From: Pristiophorus japonicus
Lineage: Eukaryota
DNA length: 64,000 nucleotides
Assembly: GCF_044704955.1 (NCBI RefSeq)
Contig: NW_027254484.1
Location: 1-64,000, forward strand
Reading direction: 5' to 3'
The translations under genes were made by a program, and so were the position numbers. Positions 53,801-64,000 of this stretch are shown piece by piece (position 1 is the first letter of the stretch; every line of letters starts with the position of its first letter). A model generated the notes under the pieces. It ran no database searches. It worked only from the letters and a program-made list of their open reading frames with translations, and was not told the origin of the DNA.

Positions 53801-55330
53801 TGGGTCCACTGGGATTCTCACATCAGAAATAGGAGCCAGGAGTGGGCCATTCGGCCCCTCGAGCCCTGCTCCGCCATTTAATACCATCGTGGCCTGATCC
53901 GATCATGGACCCAGCTCCACTTCCCTGCCCGCCCCCTTATCGGTTAAGAAACTGTCTATCTCTGTCTTCAATATATTCAATGTCCCGGCTTCCACAGCTC
54001 TCTGAGGCAGCGAGTTCCACAGATTTACAACCCTCTGAGAGAAGAAATTCCTCCTCATCTCAGTTATAAATGGGCGGCCCCTTATTCTAAGACCATGCCC
54101 CCTAGTTCTAGTCTCCCCCATCAGTGGGAACATCCTCTCTGCATCCACCTTGTCGAGCCCCCCCTCATAATCTGATACGTTTCGATAAGATCACCTCTCA
54201 TACTTCTGAACTCCAATGAGTAGAGGCCCAACCTCCTCAACCTTTCCTCATAAGTCAACCCCCTCATCCCCGGAATCGACCGAGTGAACCTTCTCTGAAC
54301 TGCCTCCAAAGCAAAGTGTGTCCTTTGGTAAATACGGAGAGCAAAACTGTGCACGCAGTACTCCAGGTGTGGCCTCACCGATACCCTGTGTAACTGGAGC
54401 AAGACTTCCCTGCTTTTGTACATACAGGGAATAATACACAAAGATTAAATATTATTTCCCGATTATCCCAAGTTCCCCAATCGATACAGTCACAGAGATA
54501 TTAATCGTTGGCGACGAATATTTAATCCCAGATTACTCCCCCCTCTCTCTCTCTCTCTCTCTCTCTCACTGCCCCAATTGCAGCCTATTGATCTGTTTTA
54601 AGATATTTTGAGATCGAGTAAACGTACAGGTGGAGAGGCCGCTCCGGATTCCGGGGGATTTCCGGATTCCGGAACGTCGTTGCCTGGGCTGAGGTTGGTG
54701 GGGTTGGCCAGCTGAGGTTAGTGGGGGGGGACAGAGCGGGGGAGCCGAGGAGGGCGGGGGGAGAGTCTGGATTCCGAAACATTCCGAAGTTTGGAACTCT
54801 GGATTTTAGACGCTCAAAAATCAATATTGACCCCGGAATATCCCAAGTGCCCCAATTAATATATTTTGAGCTTTATCAATATAGAAGAGTAATATTATGC
54901 CCCTGAATAGTTCCCTCGCTGACTCATTCCCCCGTTGGTGTATTTACAGATAGATTGATGGACAGATATTGATCTCATTCCGTTGATATAAATCTATCTG
55001 TAAATATATTCAGATATTGTCCGCATGTTCCCCCCCCGCCCCCCAGACACCAGACTCCCGAAGCGAGCGCTCGACTCGGAACTCCTGCACGGGCGCGCGA
55101 GCCCCAAGGTGGGCAGAGGAAACGTTCTGCAAGGGACACACCCACTCCCCTGATAAAGTGCAACACCCGCCCCCCGCACCGACACCTGGGAGTCCCCCCT
55201 GGCCCAAAGACCAGTCCGCCCCTAAGTGGTGGAAGTGCATCCGGGAGGGCGCCGAGCACCTCGAGTCTCGTCGCCAATTGCGAGCACGCAGAAAGCAAGC
55301 GCAAGGCAGCGGAAGGAGCGTGCGGCAAAC

Positions 55331-55502
55331 CTGTCCCACCCTCCCCTTTCCCTCAACGTCTCTCTGTCCCACCCTCCCATTCCCTCAACGTCTATCTGTC
55401 CCGCCCTCCCCTTCCCTCAACGTCTATCTGTCCCACCCTCCCCTTCCCTCAACGTCTATCTGTCCCAGCCTCCCCTTCCCTCAACGTCTATCTGTCCCGC
55501 CC
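55331..55502 (+). repeat. 32/33-bp RTE-derived VNTR (~5 copies, same variant pattern as module 1)
   Basis: Same unit order as 9880-10052. Confidence 0.95.
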
Positions 55503-58500
55503 AGTGACAGGGTCTGCGACTCCCGTATTGGACTATTCAGCCACCTTTGGCCTCATTTTTAAGAGTGGAAAAAAGTCTTCCTCGATTCCAAGGGGCTGCC
55601 TCTAACGATGAGATATAGACAAGTGATATTAACCCTTATACTCATTCCGTTATATACTCTCTGCCCCAATTTAAACAGAGAGAGATATTTTACGATATTT
55701 AGACATTAACATTGACTCATTATCCCCAAGTGCTCCATGTGCGAAGTATGAGATGTATTAAAATACAGACACTAATATTAACCCCGTCAATATGCCCTCT
55801 CTCACTCACTGCCCCAATTACAGCATAGTTAGAGACATAGAAACATAGAAAATAGGTGCAGGAGCAGGCCATTGGGCCCTTCGAGCCTGCCCCCCACCAT
55901 TGGGCCCTTCGAGCCTGCCCCCCGCCATTGGGCCCTTCGAGCCTGCCCCACCATTCAATATGATCATGGCTGATCATTCCCTCAGTACCCCACTCCTGCC
56001 TTCTCTCCATACCCCCCTGATCCCTTTAGCCGTAAGGGCCACATCTAACTCCCCTTTTGAATATATTTAGTGAACTGGCCCCCAACAACTTTCTGTGGTA
56101 GAGAATTCCACAGGTTCACAATTCTCTGGGTGAAGAAGTTTCTCCTCATCTCGGTCCTAAATGGCTTACCCCTTATCCTTAGACTGTGTGAGCCCCTGGT
56201 TCTGGACTTCCCCAACATCGGGAACATTCTTCCTGCATCTAATCTGTCCCGTCCCGTCAGAATTTTACATGTTTCTATGAGATCCCCCTCTCATTCTTCT
56301 AAATTCCAGTGAATATAAGCCCAGTCGATCCAGTCTTTCTTCATATGTCAGTCCTGCCATCCCGGGAATCAGTCTGGTGAACCTTCGCTGCACTCCCTCA
56401 ATAGCAAGAATGTCCTTCCTCAGATTAGGAGACCAAAACTGAACACAATATTCCAGGTGTGGCCTCACCAAGGCCCTGTACAACTGCAGTAAGACCTCCC
56501 TGCTCCTATACTCAAATCCTCTCACTATGAAGGCCAACATGCCATTTGCCTTCTTCACCGCCTGCTGTACCTGCATGGCCAACTTTCAATGACTGATGTC
56601 CCATGACACCCAGGTCTCGTTGCACCTCCCCTTTTCCTAATCTGTCACCATTCAGATAATATTCTGCCTTCCTGTTTTTACCCCCAAAGTGGATCACCTC
56701 ACATTTATCCACATTATACTGCATCTGCCATGCATTTGCCCCACTCACCTAACCTGTCCAAGTCACCCTGCAGCCTCTTAGCATCCCCCTCACAGCTCAC
56801 ACCGCCACCCAGCTTAGTGTCATCTGCAAACTTGGAGATATTACACTCAATTCCTTCGTCTAAATCATGAATGTATATTGTAAATAGCTGGGGCCCCAGC
56901 ACTGATCCCTGCGGTACCCCACTAGTCACTGCCTGCCATTCTGAAAAGGACCCGTTTATCCCGACTCTCTGCTTCCTGTCTGCCAACCAGTTCTCGATCC
57001 CCGTCAGTACATTACCCCCAATACCATGTGCTTTGATTTTGCACACCAATCTCTTGTGTGGGACCTTGTCAAAAGCCTTTTGTCAGTCCAAATACACCAC
57101 ATCCACTGGTTCTCCCTTGTCCACTCTACGAGTTACATCCTCAAAAAATCCCAGAAGATCTTTCAAGCATGATTTCCCCTTTCATAAATCCATGTTGACT
57201 TGGACTGATCCTGTCCCTGCTTTCCAAATGCGCTGCTATTACATCTTTAATAATTGATTCCAACATTTTCCCCACGACTGATGTCAGGCTAACCGGTCTA
57301 TAATTACCCATTTTCTATCTCCCTCCTTTTTTAAAAGTGGGGTTACATTAACTACCCTCCAGTCCATAGGGACTGATCCAGAGTCTATCGAATGTTGGAA
57401 AATGACCACCAATGCATCCACTTTCTGTGGTCGAGAATTCCACAGGTTCACAATTCTCTGGGTGAAGAAGTTTCTCCTCATCTCGGTCCTAAATGGCTTA
57501 CCCCTTATCCTTAGACTGTGTGAGCCCCTGGTTCTGGACTTCCCCAACATCGGGAACATTCTTCCCGCATCTAAACCTGTCCCGTCCCGTCAGAATTTGA
57601 CATGTTTCCTATCAGATCCCCCTCTCATCCTTCTAAACTCCAGCGAATATAAGCCCAGTCGATCCAGTCTCTCCTGATATGTCAGAAATTAACCCCTCGA
57701 TGATGTCCTCTCTCACTGGCTGCCCCAATTGAAGCACAGCGAGCTATTTCGGAGATATATGAATGTAGAAAGATTCATATGGATCCCAGGTTATCCCAAG
57801 TGAGATATATTAATATACCGGCAGTAATATTAACCCTTGAAGGTCACCCTCCCTCACACCTTGCCTCAATTGAGAGAGAGTTGGCGGTATTGAGGTATAT
57901 ATTAATATACAAAGATTAATATTGGTTCCTGATGATCCCAAGTGCTATATAGGAGATATATTAATATACGGGCAGTAATATTAAGCCCTCACTGATGCCC
58001 TCCCTCCATCCCTGCCCCAATTGAGGGAGTTTTGGAGCTATTTCGAGACATATTAATGTACAAACAGTAATATTGACCCCCAGCCACTTGGCCTCAGTGC
58101 CCCAGGGCCCTCTTGCAGCATTTATTCAGGTGCATTGATCCCTGGGGCACCCCACTGTTACTGATTGCCGACCCGAGAATGAACAGTTGTCCCGACTCTC
58201 TGTTCTCTGTTAGTGAGCCCATCCTCCATCCGTGCTAATATATTACCCCAAAACCCCGCGAGCTTTTATCCTGCGCAGTAACCTCTCATGTGGTACTTTA
58301 TCGAAGGATTGCTCAAACTCCCTTCGGTCACTGAGCAGGGAAGGGGGTTTGGGTCCACTGGGATTCTCACATCAGAAATAGGAGCCAGGAGTGGGCCATT
58401 CGGCCCCTCGAGCCCTGCTCCGCCATTTAATACCATCGTGGCCTGATCCGATCATGGACCCAGCTCCACTTCCCTGCCCGCCCCCTTATCGGTTAAGGAA

Positions 58501-59883
58501 CTGTCTATCTCTGTCTTAAATATATTCAATGTCCCGGCTTCCACAGCTCTCTGAGGCAGCGAGTTCCACAGATTTACAACCCTCCGAGAGAAGAAATTCC
58601 TCCTCATCTCAGTTTTAAATGGGCGGCCCCTTATTCTAAGACCATGCTCCCTAGTTCTAGTCTCCCCCATCAGTGGGAACATCCTCTCTGCATCCACCTT
58701 GTCGAGCCCCCCCCTCATAATCTGATACCTTTCGATAAGATCACCTCTCATTCTTCTGAACTCCAATGAGTAGAGGCCCAACCTCCTCAACCTTTCCTCA
58801 TAAGTCAACCCCCTCATCCCCGGAATCGACCGAGTGAACCTTCTCTGAACTGCCTCCAAAGCAAAGTGCGTCCTTTGGTAAATACGGAGAGCAAAACTGT
58901 GCACGCAGTACTCCAGGTGTGGCCTCACCAATACCCTGTGTAACTGGAGCAAGACTTCCCTGCTTTTGTACATACAGGGAATAATACACAAAGATTAAAT
59001 ATTGTTTCCCGATTATCCCAAGTTCCCCAATCGATACAGTCACAGAGATATTAATCGTTGGCGACGAATATTTCATCCCAGATTACTCCCCCCTCTCTCT
59101 CTCTCTCTCTCTCTCTCACTCACTGCCCCAATTGCAGCCTATTGATCTGTTTTAAGATATTTTGAGATCGAGTAAACGTACAGGTGGAGAGGCCGCTCCG
59201 GATTCCGGGGGATTTCCGGATTCCGGAACGTTGTTGCCTGGGCTGAGGTTGGTGGGGTTGGCCAGCTGAGGTTAGTGGGGGGGGAGAGCGGGGGAGCCGA
59301 GGAGGGCGGGGGGAGAGTCTGGATTCCGAAACATTCCGAATTTTGGAACTCTGGATTTTAGACGCTCAAAAATCAATATTGACCCCGGAATATCCCAAGT
59401 GCCCCAATTAATATATTTTGAGCTTTATCAATATAGAAGAGTAATATTATGCCCCTGAATAGTTCCCTCGCTGACTCATTCCCCCGTTGGTGTATTTACA
59501 GATAGATTGATGGACAGATATTGATCTCATTCCGTTGATATAAATCTATCTGTAAATATATTCAGATATTGTCCGCATGTTCCCCCCCCGCCCCCCAGAC
59601 ACCAGACTCCCGAAGCGAGCGCTCGACTCGGAACTCCTGCACGGGCGCGCGAGCCCCAAGTGGGCAGAGGAAACGTTCTGCAAGGGACACACCCACTCCC
59701 CTCATAAAGTGCAACACCACCCCCCCACCCACCGACACCTGGGAGTCCCCCCTGGCCCAAAGACCAGTCCGCCCCTAAGTGGTGGAAGTGCATCCGGGAG
59801 GGCGCCGAGCACCTCGAGTCTCGTCGCCAATTGCGAGCACGCAGAAAGCAAGCGCAAGGCAGCGGAAGGAGCGTGCGGCAAAC

Positions 59884-60413
59884 CAGTCCCGCCCTCCCCT
59901 TCCCTCAACGTCTATCTGTCCCACCCTCCCCTTCCCTCAACGTCTATCTGTCCCACCCTCCCCTTTCCCTCAACGTCTATCTGTCCCACCCTCCCCTTCC
60001 CTCAACGTCTATCTGTCCCACCCTCCCCTTTCCCTCAACGTCTATCTGTCCCACCCTCCCCTTCCCTCAACGTCTCTCTGTCCCACCCTCCCCTTTCCCT
60101 CAACGTCTATCTGTCCCACCCTCCCCTTCCCTCAACGTCTATCTGTCCCACCCTCTCCTTTCCCTCAACGTCTCTCTGTCCCACCCTCCCCTTCCCTCAA
60201 CGTCTATCTGTCCCACCCTCCCCTTCCCTCAACGTCTATCTGTCCCACCCTCCCCTTTCCCTCAACGTCTATCTGTCCCACCCTCCCCTTCCCTCAACGT
60301 CTCTCTGTCCCACCCTCCCCTTTCCCTCAACGTCTATCTGTCCCACCCTCCCCTTCCCTCAACGTCTCTCTGTCCCACCGTCCCCTTTCCCTCAACGTCT
60401 ATCTGTCCCACCC
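59884..60413 (+). repeat. 32/33-bp RTE-derived VNTR (~16 copies)
   Basis: Same unit as 9880-10052. Confidence 0.95.
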
Positions 60414-63400
60414 CGTGACAGGGACTGCGACTCCCGTATTGGACTATTCAGCCACCTTAGGCCTCGTTTTTAAAAGTGGAAACAAGTCTTCCTCGATTCC
60501 AAGGGGCTGCCTCTAACGATGAGATATAGACAAGTGATATTAACCCTTATACTCATTCCGTTATATACTCTCTGCCCCAATTTAAACAGAGAGAGATATT
60601 TTACGATATTTAGACATTAATATTGACTCATTATCCCCAAGTGCTCCGTGTGCGAAGTATGAGATGTATTAAAATACAGACACTAATATTAACCCCGTCG
60701 ATATGCCCTCTCTCACTCACTGCCCCAATGACAGCATAGTTAGAGAAGAGAAAATAGGTGCAGGAGCAGGCCATTGGGCCCTTCGAGCCTGCCCCACCAT
60801 TCAATATGATCATGGCTGAACATGCAACTTCAGTACCCCACTCCTGCCTTCTCTCCATACCCACCTGATCCCTTTAGCCGTAAGGGCCACTTCTAACCCC
60901 CTTTTGAATATATCCAACGAACTGGCCCCCAACAACTTTCTGTGGGAGAGAATTCCACAGGTTCACAATTCTCTGGGTGAAGAAGTTTCTCCTCATCTCG
61001 GTCCTAAATGGCTTACCCCTTATCCTTAGACTGTGTGAGCCCTGGTTCTGGACTTCCCCAACATCGGGAACATTCTTCCTGCATCTAACCTGTCCAGTCC
61101 CGTCAGAATTTTATATGTTTCTATGAGATCCCCCCCTCATTCTTCTAAACTCCAGTGAATATAAGCCCAGTCGATCCAGTCTTTCTTCATATGTCAGTCC
61201 TGCCATCCCGGGAATCAGTCTGGTGAACCTTCGCTGCACTCCCTCAATAGCAAGAATGTCCTTCCTCAGATTAGGAGACCAAAACTGAACACAATATTCC
61301 AGGTGTGGCCTCACCAAGGTCCTGTACAACTGCAGTAAGACCTCCCTGCTCCTGTACTCAAATCCTCTCGCTATGAAGGCCAACATACCATTTGCCTTCT
61401 TCACCGCCTGCTGTACCTGCATGGCCAACTTTCAATGACTGATGTCCCATGACACCCAGGTCTCGTTGCAACTCCCCCTTTTCCTAATCTGTCACCATTC
61501 AGATAATATTCTGCCTTCCTGTTTTTGCCCCCAAAGTGGATCACCTCACATTTATCCATATTATACTGCATCTGCCATGCATTTGCCCCACTCACCTAAC
61601 CTGTCCAAGTCACCCTGCAGCCTCTTAGCATCCTCCTCACAGCTCACACCGCCACCCAGCTTAGTGTCATCTGCAAACTTGGAGATATTACACTCAATTC
61701 CTTCGTCTAAATCATTAATGTATATTGTAAATAGCTGGGGTCCCAGCACTGAACCCTGTGGTACCCCACTAGTCACTGCCTGCCGTTCTGAAAAGGACCC
61801 GTTTATCCCGACTCTCTGCTTCCTGTCTGCCAACCAGTTATCGATCCCCGTCAGTACATTACCCCCAATACCATGTGCTTTAATTTTGCACACCAATCTC
61901 TTGTGTGGGACCTTGTCAAAAGCCTTTTGTCAGTCCAAATACACCACATCCACTGGTTCTCTCCTTGTCCACTCTCCCTCCTTTTTTAAAAGTGGGGTTA
62001 CATTAACTACCTTCCAGTCCATAGGGACTGATCCAGAGTCGATCGAATGTTGGAAAATGACCACCAATGCATCCACTTTCTGTGGTAGAGAATTCCACAG
62101 GTTCACAATTCTCTGGGTGAAGAAGTTTCTCCTCATCTCGGTCCTAAGTGGCTTACCCCTTATCCTTAGACTGTGTGAGCCCCTGGTTCTGGACTTCCCC
62201 AACATCGGGAACATTCTTCCCGCATCTAAACCTGTCCAGTCCCGTCAGAATTTGACATGTTTCCTGTCAGATCCCCCTCTCATCCTTCTAAACTCCAGCG
62301 AATATAAGCCCAGTCGATCCAGTCTCTCCTGATATGTCAGAAATTAACCCCTCTATGATGTCCTTTCTCACCGGCTGCCCCAATTGAAGCACAGCGAGCT
62401 ATTTCGGAGATACATGAATGTAGAAAGATTCATATGGATCCCAGGTTATCCCAAGTGAGATATATTAATATACCGGCAGTAATATTAACCCTTGAAGGTC
62501 ACCCTCCCTCACACCTTGCCTCAATTGAGAGAGAGTTGGCGGTATTGAGGTATATATTAATATGCAAAGATTAATATTGGTTCCTGATGATCCCAAGTGC
62601 TGTACATGAGATATATTAATATACAGGCAGTAATATTAACCCTTGAAGGTCACCCTCCCTCACACCTTGCCTCAATTTAAGCAAATTGAGGAATTTTAAG
62701 ATATTTCGAGCTCTATGCAAAGACAAACATTAATATTGCTGCCTGGTGATCGCAAGTGCTATATATGAGATATATTAATATACGGGCAGTAATATTAAGC
62801 CCTCACTGATGCCCTCCCTCCATCCCTGCCCCAATTGAGGGAGTTTTGGAGCTATTTCGAGACATATTAATGTACAAACAGTAATATTGACCCCCAGCCA
62901 CTTGGCCTCAGTGCCCCAGGGCCCTCTTGCAGCATTTATTCAGGTGCACTGATCCCTGGGGCACCCCACTAGTTACTGATTGCCGACCCGAGAATGAACA
63001 GTTGTCCCGACTCTCTGTTCTCTGTTAGTGAGCCCATCCTCCATCCGTGCTAATATATTACCCCCCAAACCCCGCGAGCTTTTATCCTGCGCAGTAACCT
63101 CTCATGTGGTACTTTATCGAAGGATTGCTCAAACTGCCTTCGGTCACTGAGCAGGGAAGGGGGTTTGGGTCCACTGGGATTCTCACATCAGGAATAGGAG
63201 CCAGGAGTGGGCCATTCGGCCCCTCGAGCCCTGCTCCGCCATTTAATACCATCGTGGCCTGATCCGATCATGGACCCAGCTCCACTTCCCTGCCCGCCCC
63301 CTTATCGGTTAAGGAACTGTCTAACTCTGTCTTAAATATATTCAATGTCCCGGCTTCCACAGCTCTCTGAGGCAGCGAGTTCCACAGATTTACAACCCTC

Positions 63401-64000
63401 TGAGAGAAGAAATTCCTCCTCATCTCAGTTTTAAATGGGCAGCCCCTTATTCTAAGACCATGCCCCCTAGTTCTAGTCTCCCCCATCAGTGGGAACATCC
63501 TCTCTGCATCCACCTTGTCGAGCCCCCCTCATAATCTGATACGTTTCGATAAGATCGCCTCTCATTCTTCTGAACTCCAATGAGTAGAGGCCCCAACCTC
63601 CTCAACCTTTCCTCATAAGTCAACCCCCTCATCCCCGGAATCAACCGAGTGAACCTTCTCTGAACTGCCTCCAAAGCAAAGTGTGTCCTTTGGTAAATAC
63701 GGAGAGCAAAACTGTGCACGCAGTACTCCAGGTGTGGCCTCACCAATACCCTGTGTAACTGGAGCAAGACTTCCCTGCTTTTGTACATACAGGGAATAAT
63801 ACACAAAGATTAAATATTGTTTCCCGATTATCCCAAGTTCCCCAATCGATACAGTCACAGAGATATTAATCGTTGGCGACGAATATTTAATCCCAGATTA
63901 CTCCCCCCTCTCTCTCTCTCTCTCTCTCTCTCACTCACTGCCCCAATTGCAGCCTATTGATCTGTTTTAAGATATTTTGAGATCGAGTAAACGTACAGGT

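Larger units (their letters stand above)
8365..64000. repeat. Composite tandem macrosatellite, ~10 modules (short ~3.5-4.8 kb, long ZNF-bearing ~8-10 kb), continuing beyond the window
   Basis: The marker GACGCTCAAAAATCAATATTGACCCCGG recurs at ~9358, 13914, 21868, 31762, 35277, 40118, 49964, 54809 and 59361, with the same ordered TE pieces each time. A partial module starts at ~37055 and another is cut off at the window end. Confidence 0.95.

Overview
Vertebrate genomic DNA, most likely a cartilaginous fish (inferred from the shark-type CR1, L2 and RTE LINE fragments). There is no prokaryotic, CRISPR, rRNA or tRNA content. Positions 1-8.4 kb hold a TMEM238 homologue (minus strand, two +1 frameshifts), masked N tracts and LINE remnants, three of which have spawned minisatellites (57, ~39-42 and 51 bp). 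From ~8.4 kb to the window end lies a composite tandem macrosatellite of about ten modules. Each module is an old AT-rich ~151-bp satellite backbone interrupted by a Tigger/pogo-like MITE, a ~70-nt hairpin, an RTE 3' fragment carrying a G-quadruplex VNTR, and CR1 fragments. Three modules also carry a ~5-kb intronless, CpG-rich cassette encoding a ~20-finger C2H2 protein with no KRAB or SET domain, plus its own promoter-like region and poly(A) signal. Two copies are intact (965 and 994 aa); the third has lost its ATG and first finger through a 476-bp deletion. The fingers are identical between copies, while two in-frame coding VNTRs vary (27 bp x13/10/9; 42 bp x8/12/19). At DNA level these VNTRs are arrays of CCAAT+CRE and NRF1 consensus sites. 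The best candidate for a novel system is this D4Z4/DUX4-like macrosatellite-encoded zinc-finger gene array with tunable, TF-motif-built coding repeats. All TE and gene family assignments come from recognised motifs, not database searches.
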